From positions 3,552,001 to 3,616,000 of the forward strand of contig OZ242358.1 in assembly GCA_965208835.1 (NCBI GenBank): 64,000 bases of DNA. Reading direction: 5' to 3'. Made by a program: the position numbers and the translations under genes. The notes beneath the pieces are model-generated. The model was not told the DNA's origin. It worked only from the letters and a program-made list of their open reading frames with translations, and made no database searches. Shown in pieces: positions 1 through 10,060 of the stretch (positions are counted from its first letter, which is position 1; every line of letters begins with the position of its first letter). This DNA is from Candidatus Latescibacterota bacterium (lineage in GTDB: Bacteria; Latescibacterota; UBA2968; GCA-2709665).

Positions 1-211
1 CCAGGACGGTTGCAGGCCCGTCGCCAACCAGACTCACGCATCCGGGAAGACAGACTGGCTGCCGCAACGGGTAGGTTCCGGCCGGCGCGCGGACCCGTCC
101 TCCGTCCGGAGACAGAGAAGCGATCGCCTCGCCGATCCCGCATGTCGGTGATGACCGGTCGTAGAAGTCAGCGACATTGACTTCGGCCCGTGGTCCCGAT
201 GACTCCGCCAT
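1..211 (-). CDS. Right-handed beta-helix (pectate lyase superfamily) protein, N-terminal part; runs off window start
   Basis: Manual translation from ATG 211: MAESSGPRAEVNVADFYDRSSPTCGIGEAIASLSPDGGRVRAPAGTYPLRQPVCLPGCVSLVGDGPATVL, matching the VNVxDF...GGxVxxPxGTY...LxGxG N-terminal motif. Confidence 0.7.
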   Translation of the reverse strand, partial: MAESSGPRAEVNVADFYDRSSPTCGIGEAIASLSPDGGRVRAPAGTYPLRQPVCLPGCVSLVGDGPATVL

Positions 212-273
212 GATCGTGTGCCCTGCGCGAAATACGACACCTGAAACTGATGTCCCGCACCGCGATTCAGCTC

Positions 274-1002
274 TCAGACCCCCGGCGGTTCCAGGATGAC
301 CGTCACGCCCAAATCCAGGTAGATCGACCGTTGCTCGGCCGCGGCGATCCGGTGACACACGGCCACACCGGTACCCTCGAGAGACCTTGCCACGTAGGCC
401 ACGGCGTCATCGACCGACTTCAGGGCGTGATTGGGATGTGACCTCAGGTTGAACGTGAGGTCGGTGGGGCCGAACGAAAGGCAATCCACCCCGGGCCTGG
501 CCAGAAAATGCGCCCGGGTCGCGGCCTCTACCGACTCGATCTGCAGCCACAGCACCCCGTATGCGTTCCACCAGTCCGCGTATTCGAAGGGATCGGAGAT
601 CGTGGACGCCCCGCGCCGCGAACGTCCGCCGATACTCCGGATCCCCGCCTGCGGATAGTAGAATGCGTCCACGGCCTCGATTGCCGTCTCATCCGTCTCC
701 GTCTGGGGCACCTCGACGCCACACGGCCCAAGGTCCAGGTAATTTCCGATCAGGTACGCGTTCCTCGTGTGTTTGATGCGAAACTGGACAAATACGTCCA
801 ATTCCTCAGCGATGCCGCAGAATTCCTCCAACCGCTCCTCATTGAACGCGGAGTGCTGGCTGTCGGCAGACACGAAATCGTACGGACCGCTGTCCATCAC
901 CTGCAGGAAACGCTCCCGCGTCGCATCCAGCGGCAGCGTCGTACCCACAATCTGTTCTCCACTGCGTATCCGTTTCTTCAGACCAATGGCGTTTTCGAAC
1001 AT
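274..1002 (-). CDS. HpcH/HpaI aldolase/citrate lyase family protein
   Basis: DFVSADSQHS, LDLGPCGVEVP, YPQAGIRSIG, QIES and SFGPTDL motifs; GGAGG upstream of ATG 1002. Confidence 0.85.
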   Translation of the reverse strand: MFENAIGLKKRIRSGEQIVGTTLPLDATRERFLQVMDSGPYDFVSADSQHSAFNEERLEEFCGIAEELDVFVQFRIKHTRNAYLIGNYLDLGPCGVEVPQTETDETAIEAVDAFYYPQAGIRSIGGRSRRGASTISDPFEYADWWNAYGVLWLQIESVEAATRAHFLARPGVDCLSFGPTDLTFNLRSHPNHALKSVDDAVAYVARSLEGTGVAVCHRIAAAEQRSIYLDLGVTVILEPPGV

Positions 1003-1068
1003 GAAGCCCTCCATGTGCGCCGGGAATCGCGCGTCATGTTTCGGAATCGGGAATCCGTGTATCGAATC

Positions 1069-2325
1069 TCACACCGCATTTCCGGTATTCAGCTCATCGG
1101 CGTGCGCTCTTACCTTCTCAAATGCCAGGCACACCTCCTTCATCCTCTCCTCGGTCGCCAGCAATGCCCGCTGCGACAGCCAGATCCGATCTGCACTCGC
1201 CGTTTCCACGTTGGGCAGATGAAGATTTCGATAGTCGGGCGCTTCATCCATCGTCGTCCATGCGTAGGGCCTGTACGCGCCGGCCTTCCAGTCGTTCTGA
1301 AACAGGGGATTCCGATAGACCGGCTCGGCGTAGCCTGGACTCGCCGGCACGCCTTCGGCTCTCAGCGCTCGCAGAAACCGGTCCCTCGACACCCCTTCGA
1401 ATGTTTCCGGCCGATATCTTGCGCTGTAGATGTGCCAGCTCGCACGAGTCGCTTCCGCCAACCGCCTCACCGGTTCAATTCCGTCGACCCGGGACAGCGT
1501 CCGACTCAGCATGGCCGCGTTCTGTTCGCGAATGTCCGTCTGTTGGCGGACCCTCTTCAGCTGGCACAGCAGAATCGCAGCCGTGAAGTCGGTCATGCGA
1601 TGGTTGCCTCCCCAGCGCATCTCCTCCGGCGCCCGATCGAAACGGGAACGGCCCGAGTTGATCACGCACCCCATCCGGTCGGCGACCTCTTCGTCGTTGG
1701 TCAACGCGATGCCACCCTCTCCGGAAGTGATATTCTTGCTCTGCTGAAAACTGAAGCCCGATGCCAGGCCCCAACTGCCCAGACCCTTTTCCATATACGC
1801 CGCCCCCCAGCCGTGACAGGCGTCTTCCAGCACGACCAGATCGTGTCGGTCCGCAATGGTCTGAATCCGCCTCATGTCGCATGCCAACCCGCCGAAATGC
1901 ACGACCATGATCGCCTTCGTTCGGGGGGTAATCGCGGCCTCGATCGCGTCCGGGTCGATATTGTCGGTATCCGGCGCGATGTCTGCGAACGTTACCGTCG
2001 CGCCCGCCGCCAGAATACCCATACACGTGCCGTGAAAGGTGAACGGACTGGTGATGACCTCGTCGCCGACGCCGATCTCAGCACCCCGGCAGGCAGCCTC
2101 GAGCGCATTGGTGCCCCCGCTGCATACCAGGCCGAACCCGGCATCCTGAAAGCGGGCGAACGTCTCCTCCAGTTCGCAGCACTTTGGACCGTAGTTCCAG
2201 TTCCTGCTGTGCAACACGTCCATCAGCAGAGACGCTTCGGCCCGGTCAAACCGCGGCCATGGATCCGCATCGTCCCGGGTGACCGCGGGCTCTCCACCAA
2301 ACAGTGCGAGTCGGCTGGACATCAC
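1069..2325 (-). CDS. DegT/DnrJ/EryC1/StrS PLP-dependent aminotransferase
   Basis: SGGTNAL, GDEVITSPFTF, EDACHGWGA and SFQQSKNITSGEGG (PLP lysine). Confidence 0.92.
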   Translation of the reverse strand: MMSSRLALFGGEPAVTRDDADPWPRFDRAEASLLMDVLHSRNWNYGPKCCELEETFARFQDAGFGLVCSGGTNALEAACRGAEIGVGDEVITSPFTFHGTCMGILAAGATVTFADIAPDTDNIDPDAIEAAITPRTKAIMVVHFGGLACDMRRIQTIADRHDLVVLEDACHGWGAAYMEKGLGSWGLASGFSFQQSKNITSGEGGIALTNDEEVADRMGCVINSGRSRFDRAPEEMRWGGNHRMTDFTAAILLCQLKRVRQQTDIREQNAAMLSRTLSRVDGIEPVRRLAEATRASWHIYSARYRPETFEGVSRDRFLRALRAEGVPASPGYAEPVYRNPLFQNDWKAGAYRPYAWTTMDEAPDYRNLHLPNVETASADRIWLSQRALLATEERMKEVCLAFEKVRAHADELNTGNAV

Positions 2326-2352
2326 AGGCCCTCAAAACAGGAAAATTCAGCG

Positions 2353-2381
2353 TTGCATTACGGGCAGGTCGGACATAATAT
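2353..2381 (+). promoter_or_regulatory. Putative sigma70 promoter for the NUDIX gene
   Basis: TTGCAT-17 bp-TAATAT in an AT-rich divergent intergenic region. Confidence 0.45.
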
Positions 2382-2450
2382 TCAAGATAACCGAGGCCAT
2401 TTTCAATTCGAAAGAAAATAACCGTTAAATCGGCCTCAAAAGCCTGAATG

Positions 2451-2575
2451 CGGGTAGACGGTAGAGGTGAGACGGTAGAAGAAATCCTTGCCAGATGGGA
2501 TATTCCTCCTTGCCTTTGGCACGCGAAGAATCGTCGCAGGGCAGGTAATCTCTCCCGTCTCCCGGCTCCCCTCTC
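2451..2575. repeat. Dispersed repeat family D, copy 1 (~125-130 bp; ends made of inverted GGTAGAC/GGGAGAC-like heptamers)
   Basis: Aligns along its length with the reverse complement of 57657-57785. Confidence 0.75.
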
Positions 2576-2628
2576 ACTAGGTGGTGGGCCGGGGTGTGGT
2601 TAAACTTCATTGCAAACGGAGCGAATTC

Positions 2629-3252
2629 ATGAGAGTCAAAGTCAGCAACCGGACCACGCCGTACGTATTTCATTCGCCCCACGGGCAGGTGCTCTTCCGC
2701 ATGGAAGAAGCCGAGGTTTCACACGAGCGTTTTGACGGCCGAATGAGCCCAACGTCCGTACGTGTGAATTTCAGCAGAGGCGACAGCGTTGCGGTACTCC
2801 TGTACGCGGGGGACACCGATGAGATCGTACTGGTCGAACAGTTCCGCTATCCCGTATATGCGAGCCACCCGGAATCGGAGCGGGCGGGTCGCGGCTGGAT
2901 CCTGGAAACAGTCGCCGGCATTAAGGACGCCGGGGGACCCGACGTGGCCAGGCGCGAATTGCTGGAAGAAACGGGATACGCGCTCAGCGGCGCCCTGGAG
3001 CATCTCACTACCGCTTACGTCAGTCCCGGCGGAACGTCGGAACGCGTCGAACTCTATCTGGCCCACGTAAGTAAACTGGAAGGCGTCCGGAAGCACGCGG
3101 GGCTGGAAGCCGAAACGGAAGACATCCGTACGCACACCATCCCGTTTGCGGAGGCCCTTCGCATGGTGGCAGACGGACGGATTGTGGACTCGAAGACGAT
3201 TATCGCGCTCTACATGCTCAAAGAGCGGTTAGAGGGAAGACGGGAAACGTAA
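2629..3252 (+). CDS. NUDIX hydrolase, ADP-ribose pyrophosphatase/NudK-like
   Basis: RGDSVAVL, EQFRYP, Nudix box AG...ARRELLEETG, SPGG, DSKTII. Confidence 0.9.
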   Translation: MRVKVSNRTTPYVFHSPHGQVLFRMEEAEVSHERFDGRMSPTSVRVNFSRGDSVAVLLYAGDTDEIVLVEQFRYPVYASHPESERAGRGWILETVAGIKDAGGPDVARRELLEETGYALSGALEHLTTAYVSPGGTSERVELYLAHVSKLEGVRKHAGLEAETEDIRTHTIPFAEALRMVADGRIVDSKTIIALYMLKERLEGRRET

Positions 3253-3414
3253 GAAGCTGTCTTAAAATTCCCAGCGGTCTTCGCGCGGCTGCAAAAGCGC
3301 CGGGCGGCGTTGGTCAAACCCACCCGTATAGACAAATATGGGCGGGTCTTCCCGCCTTGACCGCCACTTTTTCGCTCACGCTCGGGAACTCACCGGTAAT
3401 TTTAAAACAGCTTC
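3253..3414. mobile_element. MITE family A, copy 1 (162 bp)
   Basis: Terminal inverted repeats GAAGCTGTCTTAAAATT / AATTTTAAAACAGCTTC; flanked by TAA on both sides (left TAA is the NUDIX stop); homologous to 43242-43403 and 56563-56794. Confidence 0.85.
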
Positions 3415-3429
3415 TAAGCGGACCACCCA

Positions 3430-4857
3430 TCACAGCAACCGTCCCTTTCGCACCCGGCCGGCTTCGGGGTACCTGGCTGCCAGCCCTTCCACCGCACTAA
3501 CGAATCCCTCCGCCTGCGCCTCAGCCTGCCCCACGAAGCGCTCGCTCTCACCCAGAATCTCCTCGATCTCCTCCGACGAGAGCGGGACCCGGCTGTCATC
3601 TCCGAGCCGTTGTACCAGGTCGTTTTTCTCAAGGCCCTCTTCGCGCATCTCCAGCGCCACGGCCACCGCGTGCTCCTTCAGCGCGTCGTGGACCTGCTCG
3701 CGACCGGCACCGCGCTGTACGGAAGCCATCAACAGCGTGGTTGTGGCCAGGAACGGCATATACCTGGTCAGTTCATTCCGTATGACCGCCTCATAGACGC
3801 CCATTTCATCCAGCACGTGCAGCGCGGTCTCCAGCATACCGTCGAATGCGAATATGGCGTCGGGCAGCGCCACGCGGCGCACGACCGAGCAGGACACGTC
3901 GCCTTCGAACCACTGGTCGCCGACGAGCCCGCCGACCATATGAACGTAACCGCCGAGGAGCACCTGAAAGCCGTTGATCCGCTCGGCGCTTCGCGTATTC
4001 ATCTTGTGGGGCATGGCGGAAGACCCCACCTGGCCCTTCGCGAAGCCCTCCGTTGCGACTTCGGCGCCCGCCATCAATCGCAGCGTGCGCGAGAGATTGG
4101 CGATGCCCCCGCCCATCTGGTACAGACAGCTGATCACTTCGAAATCCAGTCCCCGCGGATAAACCTGCCCCACCGCGTTCAATTCGCGGCCAAACCCCAG
4201 GTACACCCGCACCTCCTCCTGCAAGGCTTCCAGTTTCTGATGATCACCGTGTACAAGTGTCAATTGGTCCAGCGACGTCCCAACCGCGCCTTTCAGCCCC
4301 CGAAGCGGGTAGTTCTCCACGAGATGCTCGAATCGCCTGAACGCGTGCAGCATCTCCTCGCCGAACATGGCAAACCGCTTGCCTACCGTCGTCGGCTGCG
4401 CCGCCGCGTGGTGCGTCCGGCCGACAATGGGCATCGCCTTCCATTCGTCTACCCGCCGGGCCATGCGAGACAGCAACGCCACGTACTTGGGGGCCAGGTA
4501 CCGCAAGGAGCGCAGCACCTGGAACTGTTCCACGTTGTCCGTCAGGTCACGGCTGGTCATGCCCTTGTGTATATGTTCGTACCCGGCCAGCTCGCAGAAC
4601 TCCTCGATGCGCGCCTTGACGTCGTGCCGTGTCTCGGCTTCCCTGCGCTGTATGGAGGACAGGTCCACTCGGTCCACAACGCCCTCATAAGCGCGAATCG
4701 CCTCCTCGGGCACATCCAGCCCCAGTTTACGCTGGGCCCTCATCACCGCGATCCAGAACCGCCTCTCCAGCACGATTCGACCTTCTTCGGACCAGATCGC
4801 CCTTACGTCCGAACCGGCGTACCGACCGGCCAGAACATTCGGTATATTCTCCGACAT
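3430..4857 (-). CDS. purB: Adenylosuccinate lyase
   Basis: RHDVKA, IHKGMTSRD, GRTH and the signature GSSAMPHKMN. Confidence 0.95.
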   Translation of the reverse strand: MSENIPNVLAGRYAGSDVRAIWSEEGRIVLERRFWIAVMRAQRKLGLDVPEEAIRAYEGVVDRVDLSSIQRREAETRHDVKARIEEFCELAGYEHIHKGMTSRDLTDNVEQFQVLRSLRYLAPKYVALLSRMARRVDEWKAMPIVGRTHHAAAQPTTVGKRFAMFGEEMLHAFRRFEHLVENYPLRGLKGAVGTSLDQLTLVHGDHQKLEALQEEVRVYLGFGRELNAVGQVYPRGLDFEVISCLYQMGGGIANLSRTLRLMAGAEVATEGFAKGQVGSSAMPHKMNTRSAERINGFQVLLGGYVHMVGGLVGDQWFEGDVSCSVVRRVALPDAIFAFDGMLETALHVLDEMGVYEAVIRNELTRYMPFLATTTLLMASVQRGAGREQVHDALKEHAVAVALEMREEGLEKNDLVQRLGDDSRVPLSSEEIEEILGESERFVGQAEAQAEGFVSAVEGLAARYPEAGRVRKGRLL

Positions 4858-4860
4858 CGA

Positions 4861-5928
4861 TTAACCTGCTTTCGGTTCCCGGTAAGTTTCGGCGTGAACC
4901 GGATGCGACGGCCCCGGATCCAGCAACTCATCGGCGTATGCGAACAGCGCCGGCGTTCCGCCGGTATGCACAAACACCACCGTCTGTCCGGGTTTCCACT
5001 GACCTTCCCGTATATGCTGCAACATCGCCCCGAAGGCCTTTCCGGTGTATACAGGATCCAGAATCAGCGCTTCCGTGCGCGCGGCCAGCACAACCGCTTC
5101 CCGGCTTGCGTCCGTCAATGTTCCGTATGCATCCCCCGCGTAGGCGCCGTAGCTCTCGAAGTCTTCTCCAATGAACGACAGGTCCAGCTGCAGCATCTCC
5201 GCCACCTTGTTCGCCACCCGGGCCAGATTCGCGGCATCCTCCTGGTCATCCTGGGGACTGGGACTGATCCCGACGACGCGCAGCGGAAGCCCCAGCGCGC
5301 GGGCGCCTACGACCAGCCCCACGTGCGTATGCACCCCCGAGCAGACGTAAAGCCCATCGGGGCGTATGCCTCGGTCCTGCAGCTGTTCCCCCAATTCCAG
5401 AAACCCGTCGACGTACGAGACGCTTCGCAGATAGTATCCGTCCGTGCTCGTATTGTAGACCCGCTGACCCTCCGCCTTCAGGCGCTCGATGACCTGCGTT
5501 TTCTCTTCCGGACGGTCTACGAGGTGGACCTCGGCGCCAAAGAGGTGATCCAGCAGCAGGTTTCCGTTCACCGGATGGGAATGCGCGTCCTTCCGTCCAA
5601 CCATGACGGCCTTCAGCCCGAACCGGGCCGCCATCGCCGCTGTGAGTCGGGACTGGTTGGACTGGGACGCGGCCCCGTGCAACAGAACGTCATAGCCCTC
5701 CCGGATCGCCGGCGCTACAGAATACTCGAACTCGCGGACCTTGTTGCCGCCGAAGGCCATGCCGGTCAGGTCCTCCCGTTTGACCAGGATGCGGGGTCCT
5801 CCCAGCTTTTTCGAGAGCCGGGGACAATCCAGGAGCGGTGTGGGCAGGTCTGCCAGCGAAAGACGCGAAAAACGCTCCAGGCGCTTCTTGAGCGCTTCGG
5901 CTGAAATGACCGGCTTCTCGGCCGCCAT
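4861..5928 (-). CDS. D-cysteine desulfhydrase/ACC deaminase family PLP enzyme
   Basis: KREDLTGMAFGGNKVR, QSNQ, LDPVYTGKA and FVHTGG. Confidence 0.9.
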   Translation of the reverse strand: MAAEKPVISAEALKKRLERFSRLSLADLPTPLLDCPRLSKKLGGPRILVKREDLTGMAFGGNKVREFEYSVAPAIREGYDVLLHGAASQSNQSRLTAAMAARFGLKAVMVGRKDAHSHPVNGNLLLDHLFGAEVHLVDRPEEKTQVIERLKAEGQRVYNTSTDGYYLRSVSYVDGFLELGEQLQDRGIRPDGLYVCSGVHTHVGLVVGARALGLPLRVVGISPSPQDDQEDAANLARVANKVAEMLQLDLSFIGEDFESYGAYAGDAYGTLTDASREAVVLAARTEALILDPVYTGKAFGAMLQHIREGQWKPGQTVVFVHTGGTPALFAYADELLDPGPSHPVHAETYREPKAG

Positions 5929-6043
5929 GCGAGTACCCTTCCTTCACTCGGTTTAACCCATGGATTCACGCGGTGTTGCCGTGCGCGAGGAAATATAGTT
6001 TTCCGGAATATCGGACGCAATGACTATCCCTGCACGGTCATTT

Positions 6044-6072
6044 AAAACCCCGCCAACGAAGCGTCAGCGGGG
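6044..6072 (-). terminator. Rho-independent terminator downstream of arsC
   Basis: Minus strand CCCCGCTGACG-CTT-CGTTGGCGGGG followed by TTTT. Confidence 0.65.
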
Positions 6073-6114
6073 CCGAAATCCGTTACCGGGGGCGGCGGAT
6101 TTCATCGGCACACG

Positions 6115-6465
6115 TCAAAGGATTTCCAGCACGCCTTCCGGCGGACGGCCCAGCCTGGCCCGGTCGCCGTTGACGACGATCGGCCGCTCGATCAGGATGG
6201 GATGCTCCGTCATTGCCCGGATCAGCGCCGTCGGATCAGTGAGCTTTTCCTTAAGGCCAAGCTCACTGAATTCATCTTCCTTCGTACGTATCAGGTCCGC
6301 GGGCTGAATACCCAACATCTGCAGAATGTCGTAGAGCGTCTGCTCGTCCGGAGGCGTTTTCAGGTATTCGACGATTCTTGGCTCTATACCGCGATCCTTC
6401 AGGAGATTCAACGTCTGCCTGCTCTTGCTACACCTTGGATTGTGGTAGATCACGACTTCGCTCAC
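6115..6465 (-). CDS. arsC: Arsenate reductase (glutaredoxin-dependent, ArsC family)
   Basis: IYHNPRCSKSR, HPILIERPIV, RLGRPPE. Confidence 0.9.
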   Translation of the reverse strand: MSEVVIYHNPRCSKSRQTLNLLKDRGIEPRIVEYLKTPPDEQTLYDILQMLGIQPADLIRTKEDEFSELGLKEKLTDPTALIRAMTEHPILIERPIVVNGDRARLGRPPEGVLEIL

Positions 6466-6482
6466 GACAGCCTCCTTCGTTT

Positions 6483-8186
6483 TCAGGGAATCACAGGAAG
6501 GATCAAACGGGACGGCCGGTTCGCGTCGTGGAAAATCCGCTGATGCGCCGTTTTCAGGACGGTCTCGCGGTAATCGTCGCCACCGGTATTGTGGTTCCGG
6601 TCGAAATTAGGAAAATCGCTGCTGGAAATATCCAGCCGGATCCGGTGCCCCGCCATGAAGAGATTGCTGGTCGGATTCACCTGGATCACGTATTCGTAGA
6701 CACGCTCCGGCTCAATCAATGACGGGTGATCGAAGGACTCGCGATACCGCGCGCGTACAATGCCGTGACAAAGTTCCTGGACGAATCCGTCCGGCCAGAC
6801 GTCCATCAGCTTGGCGACAAAGTCCGTATCCCTGGCCGAAGACGACGCAAACAGACGCACTTCGACCGGTCCGGTCACCTCCAGGGGGGCGCTCAGCGGC
6901 GGCGTCATATACACCATCACGTCGCGACGTCCGTCCAGAGTCCGCTGGTCCATCGGCGCGTGCTGGCCGCCCGGGGTGTACAGGGTCATTACCGGGTCTC
7001 TCGGATCGTACCCGTATGCGTCCGGCTGCTCGTCCCGGGGCGGCTCCCTGGAAAGCCATCCCGCGCCCGACCGCAGGTCCGCGTGGCCCGAACCATGCAG
7101 ATAGTAAGTCGTATATACCGTTCGTTGCAGCGGCCATTCCCGCTCGCCGCGCCAGGTATTGGCCCCCATCACGAAGAGTTGCAGCGGCGGCCAGTCCTCG
7201 GCCTCGCCCGGCTCCCCTTTCAGCCAGCGGGAGAACCACGCATCCGCGATTTCGTAGAAGTCCCGCACGGCTTCCGGGCCGAAGTCCACTTCACCCACCT
7301 GCCGGTCCAGGTCCAGGAGCGTGTGGGTCCAGGGCCCGACGATCATATACTGATTCTGCCGGGCGCGTTCGCTCCCGCCGTTTTCGCGCATTCCCGTAAA
7401 GTGCTTGAAGATACCGATTTGTTGATCGTACCACCCCGCCGTACCCAGCACGGGGACGTCCACGTTCCGGTGTCTCTTCTGGAATCCGAAATGGTCTGCC
7501 GCATGATCCGCAAGCCAACACCGCCAGTGCCTGCCCATCCCCGGCATGACATCCTCCGGGATGTCCATCAGCGGCAGATACCACAGCCACTTGCTGCGGT
7601 CGCGTTCCTGCCAGAGCCGCGATGCGTCCTCCCTGGTCTTCTCCTTCCACGAATGGCCCGCCCGTCGCGCCGTATCCACGGAGAGGTTGTTGATCGTCCA
7701 ATCCATCACACGGCCGAGGCGAAGCACGCCGCTCAGCTCTCTGTCCAGCAGGCTGGCCGCAATCCCGCCGGCAAGCATCGCCACCAGGTTCGGCGGCCGC
7801 TTGTGCGCGAGTTCCCACTGCGTCCACCCGTCGTACGAATTTCCGAACGTACCCACCCTGCCGTCGGACCATGGCAGCGCAGCCGACCAGGCCACCGTAT
7901 CGTAGCCGTCTTCAGAATCGCGGTGATCAGCGCTGTAGAACCCGGGCTGAAACTCTCCGTCAGAAGCATACCGCCCGCGCACGTCCTGCAAGACCACCAC
8001 GTAACCGCGTTCGGCCATCTCCGGACCGATCTCGAGCTGTTTCTCACCAGCCTTGTCGTAGGGTGTCCGGCAGAGCAATACCGGAAACCGTCCCGGCCCG
8101 TCGGGCCGGTACACGTCCGCGCGCAGCACCGTGCCGTCCCGCATCACGGCCTGCAAATCCCTGTCCTTCACCGTACGGTAAGGCAT
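6483..8186 (-). CDS. CocE/NonD family serine hydrolase (S15)
   Basis: MRDGTVLRADVYRP, RTPYDK, DVRGRYASDG, nucleophile GNSYDG, GWYD, GPWTH and C-terminal SSDFPNFDRN. Confidence 0.93.
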   Translation of the reverse strand: MPYRTVKDRDLQAVMRDGTVLRADVYRPDGPGRFPVLLCRTPYDKAGEKQLEIGPEMAERGYVVVLQDVRGRYASDGEFQPGFYSADHRDSEDGYDTVAWSAALPWSDGRVGTFGNSYDGWTQWELAHKRPPNLVAMLAGGIAASLLDRELSGVLRLGRVMDWTINNLSVDTARRAGHSWKEKTREDASRLWQERDRSKWLWYLPLMDIPEDVMPGMGRHWRCWLADHAADHFGFQKRHRNVDVPVLGTAGWYDQQIGIFKHFTGMRENGGSERARQNQYMIVGPWTHTLLDLDRQVGEVDFGPEAVRDFYEIADAWFSRWLKGEPGEAEDWPPLQLFVMGANTWRGEREWPLQRTVYTTYYLHGSGHADLRSGAGWLSREPPRDEQPDAYGYDPRDPVMTLYTPGGQHAPMDQRTLDGRRDVMVYMTPPLSAPLEVTGPVEVRLFASSSARDTDFVAKLMDVWPDGFVQELCHGIVRARYRESFDHPSLIEPERVYEYVIQVNPTSNLFMAGHRIRLDISSSDFPNFDRNHNTGGDDYRETVLKTAHQRIFHDANRPSRLILPVIP

Positions 8187-8257
8187 TCGCGTGTTCCCGT
8201 TCCCCCGGTTCGAATGACTCGACGGTGCACGCCGGAGACCCCCTCGCGGGGCGGCAA

Positions 8258-10060
8258 TCAGTTCAATGACCAGACCAGCACGGTGGTATCCGCGGAACCG
8301 GTCAACAACCGCAGCCCATCCGGACTCGCCGCCAGTGCATGTACAGCCCCTTCATGCCCCGTGAACCCGGCCGGGGGAGCCGTGGATCCCGGATCCCAGA
8401 CAATCACCCTGCCATCCTGCCCCGCCAGACAAATCGACCCAGTATCGGGAAGATAAAGGATATCCTCAACGCCGTCTCCATGCGCGTACGAGCGCACCTC
8501 CCGCCCTTCCTGCAAGTCCCATTCAACCACCCACCCGTCACGACCCGCGGAGATCACATGGCCATCCGGTCCAAATGCCACGGACTGTACCCAGCCACGG
8601 TGGGCGGTCGCCATCGCGTTCAACTCTCCGGTCGCCAGATGCCAGAGCCTCACGGTGCCGTCCCGACCACCGCCCACGAGTTGCCGGGCATCCGCCGAGA
8701 CCGCCAGCGCCAGTACGCCGCCCAGATGCGCTTCCAGCTTGCGTACGGCCCGTCCTGTAACGGCATCCCACACCCGGACCGACCCGTCGTCGGCGGCGCT
8801 TACGATTTCCCCGGCGCTCGCAAAGGCCACCGCCCGTACATATCCGCGGTGCCCTTCCAGCGCGCGCACTTCCTTGCCGCTCGCGCTGTCCAGGACTCGT
8901 ACGCTGCCGTCCTTGCATCCCGCCGCAACCAGCGCGCCGTCGGGAGAAACCGCCAGCGCGTGGACCTCTCCGCCCGGGCACCCCACCGTTTGTGTTGTCG
9001 TCCATCCCCCCGTTTCCCACCACCTGATGGTCTTGTCCGACGATCCTGAAATCGCATGGGATCCATCGGGAGTAACGACGAGTGCCCGAACACCCGACAT
9101 GTGCCTTTCCCACTTCAGACGAGGCAGCCCCGTCTCCGCGCTGGTCTCCGCCAGCAGCCCGTCGCTGCCGTGGGACAGCACCCAGTTTCCATCGGGCGAA
9201 ACCCGGATCCGGTTTACATGGTTCTGGTGCGGGTACCATCGCCTCAGAACCGCGGCCGCATGACGGTCCCACAGCCGGATCGACCCGTCCCTGGATCCTG
9301 TCAGAACCTGCCGGTCGTCCCGGGCGTATGCCACGGACGGCACCGCGTGCCCCAGGTGCCCCGTATAGGTCTCCAGGCGTTCGTAATGGCACAGGCGCCA
9401 CTCGTTCGACATGTGGCGCGTGCCCACCAGAAGCCGCTCTCCGTCCGTGGACAGGCACATATCGTAGCAGACGTAATCCTCGACGAAGACCTTCAGCCGG
9501 GTGCCGGTCGCCAGGTCGAAGTGGTAGACATTATTGCCGGGCTGATGGGCGACCAGCGCCGTCCGGCCATCCGGGCCGTACAGGCAGAGATCGAAGCGCT
9601 CGCCGGCATCTGAAATCGCTATGCGCCGCCGGCCCGTCTTCCGGTCCCACTCCTCCACCGTGCCCGTCTTCTGGTCAAGCGTGAGCACCCGGTCCTCGTC
9701 AGGCGAATAGCGCAGGGAGACGAGCGACGTGCGTCCCGTGTCAAAGCGGACCGATTCCCGTGTTCTTTCGGCCAGGTTCCACTCACTTATCACGCCCGCT
9801 TCGTCGGCGAACAACGCCCTTGACACGTCGCGGTTCCATGCCGCGGCCGTGAGACGATGCTCCGAAACCTGTTGCCGTGCAATGCAGTTGCCCTGTATCA
9901 GATCCCATATGCAAAGGCATGCCCCCGAAAGCACGAACGCGTTCATGCCGTCGGCGGAGTAGAACATATCGGTGACCGACCCGCGCATCCGGCGGGTGCC
10001 GAGGCGCTGAACCGCGCGATCCGGCAGGGGATCGCCGAGATGGTCCTTAAGACCGTTCAT
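8258..10060 (-). CDS. WD40-repeat beta-propeller protein (likely two propellers)
   Basis: Many GH..V..VA.SPDG...SGS.D.TVR.WD repeats; ATG 10060 overlaps the upstream stop (ATGA). Confidence 0.9.
   Translation of the reverse strand: MNGLKDHLGDPLPDRAVQRLGTRRMRGSVTDMFYSADGMNAFVLSGACLCIWDLIQGNCIARQQVSEHRLTAAAWNRDVSRALFADEAGVISEWNLAERTRESVRFDTGRTSLVSLRYSPDEDRVLTLDQKTGTVEEWDRKTGRRRIAISDAGERFDLCLYGPDGRTALVAHQPGNNVYHFDLATGTRLKVFVEDYVCYDMCLSTDGERLLVGTRHMSNEWRLCHYERLETYTGHLGHAVPSVAYARDDRQVLTGSRDGSIRLWDRHAAAVLRRWYPHQNHVNRIRVSPDGNWVLSHGSDGLLAETSAETGLPRLKWERHMSGVRALVVTPDGSHAISGSSDKTIRWWETGGWTTTQTVGCPGGEVHALAVSPDGALVAAGCKDGSVRVLDSASGKEVRALEGHRGYVRAVAFASAGEIVSAADDGSVRVWDAVTGRAVRKLEAHLGGVLALAVSADARQLVGGGRDGTVRLWHLATGELNAMATAHRGWVQSVAFGPDGHVISAGRDGWVVEWDLQEGREVRSYAHGDGVEDILYLPDTGSICLAGQDGRVIVWDPGSTAPPAGFTGHEGAVHALAASPDGLRLLTGSADTTVLVWSLN

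Noticed and set aside
508-5904. Long plus-strand ORFs 508-2421 (637 aa) and 3610-5904 (764 aa)
   Set aside because: Antisense shadows of well-supported genes (aldolase, DegT, purB, desulfhydrase); Arg/His-rich with no motifs, typical of high-GC codon bias.
6115-6465. Arsenic resistance operon
   Set aside because: arsC stands alone; no arsR, arsB or acr3 nearby.
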